A DNA stretch of 63,724 nucleotides, the filler included, from Trichomonas gallinae (lineage: Eukaryota): assembly GCA_008369845.1 (NCBI GenBank). It is 6 parts of 6 records of this genome, joined end to end, with 100 filler letters (N's around TTAATTAATTAA, not from the genome) between each part and the next. Parts side by side here need not be neighbours in the genome. Positions count along the whole stretch, not along the records: positions 17,241 to 23,696 come from MRSU01000886.1; positions 23,797 to 27,807 come from MRSU01000888.1; positions 27,908 to 37,252 come from MRSU01000889.1; 3 more parts are not named here. One strand, written 5' to 3'. Below, in pieces: positions 22,141 to 32,527 of this stretch. The position numbers and the translations under genes were made by a program. The first letter of the stretch is position 1, and each line of letters starts with the position of its first letter. The notes under the pieces are model-generated. The model had not been told where the DNA came from. It did no database searches and saw only the letters and a program-made list of their open reading frames with translations.

Positions 22141-22568
22141 TTAAATAAAATTTTTAAAAAGCACGTTTTTTTATATAATTTTATAAAATCAAAAAGTGAC
22201 AAAATAATTAACTACTTTTAAAACATAATAAACATGTTAGTAATAATGTATAAGTTCATAATATTCATAGAAATTGACTGATTTTTGAGATTTTAAATAA
22301 TTTTATCGCCAAAAATTGATTTTTTACTCACCGGTTATTCATTATTATATTAGAAGCATTATCATTTAAATATATTATTGATTTTGAGACATTTAAAGTG
22401 AATTTCATAATCAGTGCGAATTAATTGTTGGAATTTTAAGTTATAGCTTCTGCATTAATAACAACAAATCTAATTATAAATAGGAACTCGCTTATAATGC
22501 ATTTTCTGCTTAAAATTTTGTTGAATCAATTTATAAACAATAATTGCCATTAACAGTCTTGAAATTAG

Positions 22569-23480
22569 TTATATAAACTTGTGAACGTATTCTCTGATAT
22601 CGAACTTATAGATATTCTCATTGAGATAATTATTGTTGACTAAATATTGAAGGAATTTGTCGAAATTTAGGATGGTATATAACGTTGCACTTTGAGCTAA
22701 TAAGATTATAGCAGCATCAACGAATGGGTCTTTCTTTGTTCTGAAATATTTCTTCGCGAACTCAACAATGAATCCGCGGATGAAAATTAGTGGTAAAACA
22801 AGTATGCTTGGCTTGTTTTGAATGCAAAGGCAGCAAATTGGAATGCAGCCGCCAATAATTTTTGCGCCGCCTTTCCAAATAAAGATACTAAGGGCTGCAA
22901 GCATGATGATCAATATATTATCGTCGAAGTAATGTGCTGCGAAAACGCATGAGTAGCCAAAAACCATTCCAAAGAGACAATCAGTTAAGAAGTGATTTGC
23001 AATGACTAATCGATCAATTATAATGGCAATCATAATAATGTTTCTAATTGGAGTAAAACTAGCAATGATTGAGGCAGCCATTGTATGTCTGCTTGGAAAT
23101 GATGATGTGGTCGCACAATCTGGCGAATATACGCCACGAAAACTGCCTGGGCGACGCCTAATGAAGATGTTTTTGCCAAAACTTGAGAGTAATGCATAGA
23201 GTACAGCAGCTTTCATGAAAAATCTGGATTCTTCAATGGAAAGTAAGCATAATAAAACGAGTGGGCCGTAGGATATTGTCTTTGAAGACGCAATCTCTGA
23301 GAAATGATCGTTGAAGAAGTCATAAGTACGAGGAGCGAAAAATATTTTCTGCAAAAAGATTACAAGTGGGAGTTCTATCTTGTTCAATACCTGCCAGAAT
23401 CGATTTTCTTTGATTATTACTGGTTTATCTAAGTCTGGATTAAAATCTTCTGGTTTTTCAAAATCTTTCTTTTGCTGCAT
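22569..23480 (-). CDS. PAP2-superfamily lipid phosphate phosphatase
   Basis: C1 KNIFIRRRP, C2 FPSRH, C3 DRLVIANHFLTD; multiple TM segments. Confidence 0.88.
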   Translation of the reverse strand: MQQKKDFEKPEDFNPDLDKPVIIKENRFWQVLNKIELPLVIFLQKIFFAPRTYDFFNDHFSEIASSKTISYGPLVLLCLLSIEESRFFMKAAVLYALLSSFGKNIFIRRRPGSFRGVYSPDCATTSSFPSRHTMAASIIASFTPIRNIIMIAIIIDRLVIANHFLTDCLFGMVFGYSCVFAAHYFDDNILIIMLAALSIFIWKGGAKIIGGCIPICCLCIQNKPSILVLPLIFIRGFIVEFAKKYFRTKKDPFVDAAIILLAQSATLYTILNFDKFLQYLVNNNYLNENIYKFDIREYVHKFI

Positions 23481-23696
23481 ATAAAAAAATGAAAGATTAT
23501 TGTAAATTATTCAAAATCGATCAACATCAAAATTGAACAGTGGGATTTCGTTTGTATTCATTATCTATTTTCAACAGTATTGACACTAAGTCCGTATAAT
23601 CAGATCTCTTAATCAGTTAATAAAATTGCTGCCAAATCTCATTTGATTCCATCTTTTTTTTTTTTTTTTTTTTTTTTTGAATGGGAGTCGTAATTT

Positions 23697-23796
23697 NNNN
23701 NNNNNNNNNNNNNNNNNNNNNNNNNNNNNNNNNNNNNNNNTTAATTAATTAANNNNNNNNNNNNNNNNNNNNNNNNNNNNNNNNNNNNNNNNNNNN
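23697..23796. other. Artificial contig linker
   Basis: N44-TTAATTAATTAA-N44. Confidence 0.97.
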
Positions 23797-26056
23797 ATAG
23801 ATCCTCTATGATATGGTCTACCTATATCCAAAGTTTCGCTGCCAACGGAGCGTCAGACGTCAGCTGAAGTACCTTTATCAAATCAGCTGGAATCTGATCA
23901 AAAATATAAAATTCTTCAGAGATTTTGACAATTTGTATTTCCAAGTAACTTTCTTTCAAATCTTTAAATATCATCATGGATGCATAGTGAATGCACATTC
24001 TACCATTTGGAAAAGAATCTTGTTCAGAATCGATTTAATACCTCACTGACAATTCTTGGATTTCTTCCAATAATAGAGCAAGCTAAAATGTTTGAATTTT
24101 CTATATCTTCATCGTCATCAATTTCACTAAATAATACATTAAAGGCCTCACCTTGTCCATAAAGTGCTGCAACAAATAAAGCGTCGACTGCATCACTGCT
24201 TTCCGTTTTACTTAAGAATTTCTCGACTAATTCACTCCTACCTAAAGCTGCTGCAAATGCTATTGGTTTCATTCCAGAAAATTCATCAGTGCGTGCATCA
24301 TCTATTTTGCTTTCGTTCTGAACCATATTGTAATATACTTGTGGAGCTTCTTTGTCAATTGTGAAATATTTTAGTTTTAATTCTTAAATAATTTTTGAAT
24401 TAGAGAGAATCTCTGATCGTTTAATTATATCCTCTCCAATTTGTGACTTGGCAAGAATATCTTTAAATGGGCTATTATCTTTTTTGTTGGATTTTTGGTT
24501 CTCCAAAAAATAATATATCAGCATGAATTGTCTTGCATAATTTAAGAATATCATCGAACTCTTTCTAGTTGCAAGTAACAACACTTGAAACTAAAAATTC
24601 AGAAAAAGTAAATAATATCGAATTTATTTCTGGTTAGAATTGTTTTGTTTGGAGACATTTTGATGTTTTTGTAGAGTTGCAAATGATCTATATTATGTTG
24701 CTGCTTGGAAGCATCATATAATAATCGAGTAAAGTAGCTTCATCATTCAGATTTTCTAACGGACGAATGCTCAACGAGCAAAATGTCTGCTGATTTTATT
24801 AACAGCTATGAAAACAAGAATATCACAACTATCATTCCATGAAGTGTTTGATTGACATGAAATGAAAGCATGAACTCATAGACAGATCTGATAATCTGCG
24901 ATTTAAATCATTCATCCCCAAAGCAATTAAAAAGCACTCTTAATTGCGTTTTACCATGAGGTAAATATAAACTTTTAATCAAAACAAGAAGATAAAAATT
25001 TCAAAAATTATAATAAGTTATTACACTTTGAAATTCGAGTGACATAATTCCTACTGTATCAAAACTCCTAATATTTAAAACTCAGTATAGAAAAACGAAG
25101 ATGAAATATGAAAAATATCGAAAAGACTGTAATTTACGATTTCGTTACTATTAACATAGAGTATACATAAGAATCAATGAAGATTCTGTTTGTTTTTCTA
25201 CTAATTCTAATAGAATATGAGTTCCTTAATATATCGAGAAAAAAAGAGTAACCACTACCAGTAAATAGCTTCATTAATGAGCTGGCAATGGGTTTTAATC
25301 GGATTTCGTCCCTCTTATTTTGTTGACTATCATGGTTGAATAAAATTTGTAAACTATTCAAAAATCGAACTTTTGAGAAGATTTTATGCAATAAAAAATT
25401 ATTCGTTCGGTTTCTGGTTTTTGTATTTTTGAGATTATTCTTTATTGTTGTACATTTTCTAATATTTATTTTTCAAAAACACAGCTGAAACCCGTAAAAA
25501 ATAGCGATTTTACAAAATTCTGAAGCAAAATTGTACAAATGTCCATATCTCTTTAGCTAAAAATAATATCCCAAAGAGGATTTTCCAATCTTCTATGAAG
25601 TCACTGTCCTCCATAGGCTGTAAAACTACGAGTTTCGCATCATTGTAGCGATAAATATCATTGGTCAATATTCAATCAAAAAAATTGCATGAGAACCAGA
25701 AAATACATGTTAGGTATGCAGATAGAAGCATCCGTGATGTTTCCGAGCAAAATATTTATTGGTATTTGATGAGCAGACGATACTTAAATTAATCACCCCG
25801 AATCCCTATACGAAATAAAAGGATTTCTTTAATTAATACAATTTTTATATTTCGTTTCGCCCATCAGCAATATTTCGATATTGAGCAATTATGAAAACTA
25901 AACAGATAAGCAATTTTACTCTAATATCCTTGCATTTCTATTTGTTTGCAATGTATTTTCAACTCTTTTTTCGTTTTGATCACGAAGCCAAGTGAATTTT
26001 GAATAAAATTCATCAGATTTCATTTCTCAAAACATCAATATTCATATATAGGTCAT
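23797..26056 (-). pseudogene. Heavily decayed long gene with C-terminal ankyrin-like repeats
   Basis: GMKPIAFAAALGRSELVEKFL at 24024-24326 is in frame with 24384-24584 across a single TAA. Further coding-like fragments with stops and frameshifts continue to about 26050. Confidence 0.6.
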
Positions 26057-26093
26057 AGCAAATATTATAGTATTTTGATTTTTTTTATTTTGA

Positions 26094-26119
26094 TTAGGGG
26101 CCGACAGAAATATTAAGTG
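26094..26119 (+). mobile_element. Orphan PIF/Harbinger-like terminal inverted repeat
   Basis: TTA-GGGGCCGACAGAAATATTAAGTG; 16 of 23 positions match the reverse complement of 17359-17381. Confidence 0.4.
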
Positions 26120-26488
26120 GCGCAATAAATATCATGACAGCACAATTTTAACCAATGCAAAACATACGTCCAATAAAAACATGATGGGTTTGATGTGACC
26201 AAAAAACCGAAAAAATTTTATGTAGATTTCTACATAAAAAAATAAAATATCGACACTTTTCTTGAACAATATTTTTTGTAAAAGATGCATCTAGTGGTAC
26301 ACTTCGTTTATGTCTTTTATTGAATTCTGTGTTAACACAGAAAAATTGAACTTTTCTTTTGGTTATTCAAATTTGCTCACAAAATAATTTTAAAAATATA
26401 TTATTAATAGCATTTAGGATAACAACCTAATAATCAAACTTTACAACTTCACAAAAGTCAACGGTTCATTTCTTTATTAATTATCACG

Positions 26489-27807
26489 ATGACTGAACCC
26501 GCTGATAAGATTACTGATTTAGAAAACCAACTTAAGATAATTAAAAAGGCTGTTGTTCAACTTACGAACAAATCCGACCCGAAAATACAAGAGGTCGAAT
26601 TTAAATTGAAGACAAACCTTGAAGAAATTGAGAAAATATCGGATGCTCTTACAAGCTCAAGAAATTATGTTAACAATGAGCTCATGAAGTTCAAGGAAAT
26701 GCTCGAAGCTCAGCATGTCGAGCTTAAGAACATTGTTGTTACAAATGTTGATGCTTACTTAGGAGATATCAGGGAACAATGCGATGCTAACACTGATACA
26801 GGCGATAACCTCACTGACAGAGTTGTTATATTAGAGGCGAATTATACAGCTTTGTTGGAAGAAGTCCGCTCCAAAGTATATGAAAATGTAACCAACATAG
26901 AAGAAAATATCACTAATGTTCATAATGAATTTCATGTTATCGAAGACAAATTTAAAGAGACAGAGGAAAAAATCAAACAAAATGGTGATAAAATTCAAGA
27001 ATTAGAAGACAACAACCAGAAACAACAGGAATTAGCTGACGAAAAGCAAAAGGATAATGATGCCAAAATCTCAGCTTTGGCAGACAAGGTCCAGGAGTTG
27101 CAGGATCAGCATATCCCAGAAGAAATAGCTAAACTTAATGATAAAGTTCAGGGTCAGGATGAAAAAGCAGATCAGCTTCAAAAAGAAATTGATGACCTGA
27201 AGCAATTAACAGATAATCGTGACAATGCTAATGAAGAGAAGGCCAAGGCAAACGAAGAAGAAATCAAGAATCTCCAAGGAAAAGTTGATGGCCAAAATGA
27301 CTCACTTAAGGCTTTAGAAGAACGCGTTACCAATAATGAGAGCAAGGATAACCAACAGGACGAATTACTTAAGGCCCTTGAAGATAAGGTCAATGAACTC
27401 GAAGAACAAGGTGCCGTCAAGACACGCGACCTCCAACTTAACTTCGACGACTTCGACAACAAACTCAACGATGTTGACAACAAGCAGAACGAAGCTATTA
27501 AGGCTTTAGAAGACAAGTTAAATGCAAATGAAGATAAAGATATTAAGCAAGATGAGGCTCTTAAGGCCCTCCAAGATCAACTTCAGAATCTTGGTGATAA
27601 GATCAAGGCCGATGAGGAAAACAAAGCAGCACAAGGCGCTCATGATCTTCAATCACTCAATGACAGGCTTGACGCGATCAATAATAAGATTGATGACAAC
27701 AATGGTCGCGATGCAAAGCAAGACGAAGACCTCAAGGCCATCCAAGACAAGATCCAAGAGATGGAAGATAAGAAAGCCATTGAGGACGAACAACGTGCTG
27801 CCAAGAA
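26489..27807 (+). CDS. Large repetitive coiled-coil protein, probably cytoskeletal (3' truncated by gap)
   Basis: Repeats of about 21 aa (N..kD.kQdE.LKAle(d)k); open to the contig end; ACGGTT and TCATT Inr upstream. Confidence 0.82.
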
Positions 27808-27907
27808 NNNNNNNNNNNNNNNNNNNNNNNNNNNNNNNNNNNNNNNNNNNNTTAATTAATTAANNNNNNNNNNNNNNNNNNNNNNNNNNNNNNNNNNNNN
27901 NNNNNNN
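27808..27907. other. Artificial contig linker
   Basis: N44-TTAATTAATTAA-N44. Confidence 0.97.
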
Positions 27908-28082
27908 TTTTTTTTTTTTTTTTTTTTTTTTTTTTGAAAGAATCATCTACGGCAAAACTAATTTTTTCGAAATCTACTAGCATAAGTAATTAAAACTAAA
28001 CTGATATAGTATATAAACATGATAATACATCATATACCTTAATAGCATAAGCCAGCAAATATCGATTGAAGCAAAACGGCAA

Positions 28083-28208
28083 GAAGATAATGAATAAGTT
28101 GTCAAACTCCTTCTCACAGTTATTGGAAGAGATGTCAGCGCAAATGGAATGGACCACAAAACACCATTTGGCTCCAGAAGACATCATGATATGATGCATT
28201 TTAATTGA
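28083..28208 (+). pseudogene. Ankyrin-repeat relic
   Basis: Manual translation EDNE*VVKLLLTVIGRDVSANGMDHKTPF fits an ankyrin repeat with an in-frame stop. Confidence 0.5.
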
Positions 28209-28437
28209 TTTATGCATTTTTATATTCTTTATGATATCAATTTGACATAATATAGCAACAGATGAATGCTGATTCGATAATTCACACAATGATAAAACAA
28301 TTGATTAAATCATTAAATAACATCATTTGATGATTCATTATGCGATAAAACAGGAAAAGAAATTCTGTTTGAATTATGATTAATTAAAAATATTGTTTTA
28401 TTTATCATCATTATTGCAGCTTGAGTCAGAATTGTGT

Positions 28438-29460
28438 TTATCTTCCTTTGCACTTGTTGATGCCACCAAATGCGAACAGCCAGATACATACTGCAATAAT
28501 GATAACAACAACGATGCATGCAATGACAATTCCTGCAATTGCGCCTGGACTAAGGCCAATAGATGGGAATGGCTGATTGACATCATCAACAGTAAATAAG
28601 CCTCCATTTGCTGAGAGCTGTGCTGTGAACTCAGGAATGAGCAACTTTCGTTCGTTGGCAGATGTTGAGTTATCAACATCATTCCAATAAAGTGTGAACG
28701 TGCCTTCAACTGAAAAAGAGTCTTTGTCTGCTGGAATTTCTGGCATGACATCTCCTGTTAAGTTTGTGGAAGAGCCTATTATGCCTGTTTTATCATCTTC
28801 AGTATCTCCATGTAAGGCTTCAAAGCCTGCATATCTTAAGAATATTTTTGGATCGCTCTTATAAGTGAAGGTCTTATTTCTCATGCCAATAACAATAAAC
28901 TGAGGAATAACATATTTATATGAACTCTGTGTTTTAGAAAGAAGTCCTTTCACGCTGTATTTAAGCGGTAAATTTATTGATCCAGATCTGTGTGTTGATA
29001 CAAATCTTCTTGTGCCAGACTCTGAATATATTTGCAAACCAGTTTCATCTTTCTTGTAAGTCCTTGCGTAATCGGATGGAAAGACATTTACAGCTTGGAT
29101 TTTGCATGGTAGAGCTTTGCATTTGATCCTTGTCTCTATTCCATGAATGTATTGTTGGACGGTTTGCTTGTCATCTAGATCATAATATGATGATGATCTT
29201 TCGTAGTAATGAAGTGCAGCAACAATATTGTCTTTAGTTTCTCCAATTTTATAACCATTTGGATATTTAACATTAATATCTGCAATTGTTGCTTCGAATG
29301 ATTGGTTTGCTCCAATGATGAAGCTTCCTGCAATGCAAACAGGAACGTTTGACGAGATTTCATGCTCTGTAATTACGCCTTCTTCTTCTCCTATTGATAA
29401 TGATTCACACCCTTCGAAAATAGTTGTGGATAATGTAAGGTGTAATAAGCTTGAGAGCAT
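28438..29460 (-). CDS. Type I single-pass surface protein of unknown function
   Basis: Signal peptide MLSSLLHLTLS; TM GLSPGAIAGIVIACIVVVIIIAVCIWLF; short tail. Confidence 0.82.
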   Translation of the reverse strand: MLSSLLHLTLSTTIFEGCESLSIGEEEGVITEHEISSNVPVCIAGSFIIGANQSFEATIADINVKYPNGYKIGETKDNIVAALHYYERSSSYYDLDDKQTVQQYIHGIETRIKCKALPCKIQAVNVFPSDYARTYKKDETGLQIYSESGTRRFVSTHRSGSINLPLKYSVKGLLSKTQSSYKYVIPQFIVIGMRNKTFTYKSDPKIFLRYAGFEALHGDTEDDKTGIIGSSTNLTGDVMPEIPADKDSFSVEGTFTLYWNDVDNSTSANERKLLIPEFTAQLSANGGLFTVDDVNQPFPSIGLSPGAIAGIVIACIVVVIIIAVCIWLFAFGGINKCKGR

Positions 29461-30336
29461 TAATGAAAATGATTCTTTTCAAACAGGTACTTTTCAATGT
29501 ATTCAATAGTTTTTTTTCAATGATGATAAACCAAATAAATTTCAATATTTATTGTTTTTAAATATGATTAAATCGGCACAACAAAACAGATAGAAATGAT
29601 AGATGAACTTTATACAGTTTCTCAATCAACCGACAAATACAAAAAAAAAAAAAAAAAACAAAAAATATGAAATCATCATTGGATTCTTTATCACTCGAAA
29701 ATGTATCAAAAATGAGAGAATATAATTTGATGTATTATTAATACTAATGCACCAGATAAATCAGTTGGTAACTTTTCCTGAAACTATTAGTTGATAGCTC
29801 TCTTATCAAATAGAAAATTCAAGCTGATGAAATTTGATCAGTAAAAAATCTGTTATCAACTAAATTACATTTATCAACTAAAATATAAGATAAAAAGGAA
29901 AGCATAGTGATAGGATAGCATCAAAGAATTAAATCTTGTTTGATATTAAATTAACAATGATAATATGTCCAGTTTACATTTAGGAATTATCATTTGAAAG
30001 TTATGAAAGAAAAAAGTTTTTTGTAGTATATAAAGATATGCTTAACTTTATGTTTGACTCAATTTTAAGATACTTAGTGAATCCCATTGTAAACTTACCT
30101 CTATTATATATATATGTAAGTGCATGAAAAGGTTGAAACAATTACATAATATTGATATAGTCATTATTTTGCAGTACACTCTCTAAAATATAATTAAACA
30201 TCATTACAGATATATAAATTTATAAACATAATGTATTTTATCAGCAATTTTCTAAATCATTTAAAAATATAGAAATATTGATCAAACTGTCTATATTACA
30301 CATTTATATATTAGATGAACAATCATATATTACAAT

Positions 30337-31794
30337 TTAACGGCGCCAGTTTTCATTCCAGACCATGAATTGGAAATCTGGTGTTGTAAGAGCATAAACC
30401 CATGGGCACCACATGAAGAATCCAAATATAGCCAAGAAACAAACAAGTGACAGCAAAAATCCCGTGATCTTTGGTGAAAATTGTCTTTCGAGAAAAATAA
30501 CAAGTGCAAATATGCCAAACATCAGAGGTAATGCGTAATGATACAAAAATGTATCCCTAGGAATTAATGCAAATGGAAGAAAAGAAAATAGATATCCTAA
30601 AAGGTTATCAAAGCCTTCCCTATCAATTGTATTGAAGAACTTCGCAATAAATGAGCCAATAATAGCAGCAAAAACACTCCACCAAACGAGAACATTTCCC
30701 ATGCAAATTAAATGTCTGCCATTTTCTGTCCAATAAAGGACCCACCTACCAGTAAACAGGGGCCAATCATACCAGCGAGATGCATATGGGTGTTTAAAGC
30801 CTACATTCATGTTTGTAAATTGCATGTAAAGAATTAATGTGATAATTCTTATAATCATTGAAGGAGCTTTATTTCTTCGCTCCCAGTCTGGATTCATTTT
30901 GTCGATAAGACTGTCGTTGATGCATTTTGGAATGAATTGATCTGGATTTTCTGGATAATATGGCAAAGATGATAAATGAATAGCGAAAACGCAGAAATGT
31001 ATGAAAATAACGAAAAATATAATAATAAAAACGCGAATAAGAGCAAATTGGCGATCATCTTTCATCAAAAGCTGTTTTGTTATAGCAAGGAGAACAATTC
31101 CACCTGCAGTATATTTACATGACGACACCAATCCCAATGCTGAACACATAAAAAGAAAAGAAACCCACGTTTCATATCTATCGTGTAAATATATGGAAAG
31201 TATCGAAAGCATTGAAAAGAAATGTAAAATGGAATCCGAGAGTATATGTCTTGCTTCAATGATGAATGTAAGTTCGCACGCGACGCATGTTGCAGCTACA
31301 AAAGAAGTGAAATGCTTACAATTCATCGCACGTGCAACTAAATAAGACATCGGGACACATACGGCGCCAAAGAATATAGGTGTGAGTCTTAAAGCTACAT
31401 ATGTCATTGATGGATATTTTTGATTATTTAATTGTTCGAATTTATATTCTCCTTTGTATCCTGCGAATGATGCTGCTGATGCCATAATCAGCTTTGCTAG
31501 TGGTGGATGAATATCGTGAAAATATTGGCCCCTTAAATACCAATTCGTGAAATTTCCGAAATGAACTTCATCAAAAACGACTGTATTCGGTGCTTGAAGA
31601 CGAAAAACACGCGTTAACATTCCAATTGCTGTAAAAAGTAAAACTAAAATCGCATCAGTTGAATCTAATTCGAAAGGCTGCGTATTTCTTTTCGGAATTA
31701 AGTTCCTTATCAGCATGGAAATTTTGTTTGTGCCTTTTGAGCCGAGTTTCGCTGAGTTAAATGGGAGAGTTTCTGTCTCTCCTGAATCACTCAT
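30337..31794 (-). CDS. PMT/GT39-family dolichol-phosphate-sugar:protein O-glycosyltransferase lacking MIR domains
   Basis: VVFDEVHFGNF...DIHPPLAKL, ARHILSDSILHFF, SCKYTAG, HPYASRWYDWP and FLYHYALPL. Confidence 0.93.
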   Translation of the reverse strand: MSDSGETETLPFNSAKLGSKGTNKISMLIRNLIPKRNTQPFELDSTDAILVLLFTAIGMLTRVFRLQAPNTVVFDEVHFGNFTNWYLRGQYFHDIHPPLAKLIMASAASFAGYKGEYKFEQLNNQKYPSMTYVALRLTPIFFGAVCVPMSYLVARAMNCKHFTSFVAATCVACELTFIIEARHILSDSILHFFSMLSILSIYLHDRYETWVSFLFMCSALGLVSSCKYTAGGIVLLAITKQLLMKDDRQFALIRVFIIIFFVIFIHFCVFAIHLSSLPYYPENPDQFIPKCINDSLIDKMNPDWERRNKAPSMIIRIITLILYMQFTNMNVGFKHPYASRWYDWPLFTGRWVLYWTENGRHLICMGNVLVWWSVFAAIIGSFIAKFFNTIDREGFDNLLGYLFSFLPFALIPRDTFLYHYALPLMFGIFALVIFLERQFSPKITGFLLSLVCFLAIFGFFMWCPWVYALTTPDFQFMVWNENWRR

Positions 31795-32527
31795 TAAAAA
31801 AATTGACAAAATCGCATGAAAATAAACCAATGCAATACTTATCATATATTAACCATATTTTTCATCATCAAATTTCATGAATCCAACTTTTTTCCAAAAA
31901 TATTAAATTGATAAAAATCATTTTTATCATAAAAGAATATAATTTCATTAGTTCTCTTTAGATTAAAATCCAAAATCTAAAAGACTTTTGTAAATTAATA
32001 AACTATACGATAACATATTGATTTGACAATATAAATAATGATATATAAAGCTATTATTTACATAGAAGGAGTTTCAAAACATGAATCCAAAATATATTTT
32101 GCAATATAAAAATTCCTGAAATATAATAATCCGCATTGAATTATATTGTCATCTTCAAGTTACATTTCTCGATTCAGTTGACAAAATAACTAGTAAAACA
32201 AAAAATAATTATTTCAAAATTCAAATTTCTCGAAAATATATGTTTTATTCTGTAAATTTGTATTTTAAACAATATATTAATTACAAATGTATTTAACAAA
32301 GATCAATATGAATAAGAACCAAAAACTGAAAAAAGTTACAAAATTTATAAAACAATTTCTAAAATTTAGTTTTTTAGAATAATTTTTAATATAAATTGAA
32401 AATAAAAATAAATAATTTTATTGTATATTAATTAAGCAATCTAAATATACAATTTTTGAGATTTTGACAAGAAAAAAAAATTTATTTGCCGGTTTGAAAA
32501 ATTGACACCTCAGAAAGAAAAGTATAA

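Noticed and set aside
23654..23696. Long poly(T)/poly(A) runs near contig ends (23654, 27908, 54919) as retroelement tails
   Set aside because: No target-site duplication or RT sequence is visible; homopolymers commonly break assemblies
24024..24960. In-frame TAA/TAG codons suggesting stop-codon reassignment or readthrough
   Set aside because: The region also has frameshifts, and intact genes in the window terminate normally at TAA, TAG and TGA
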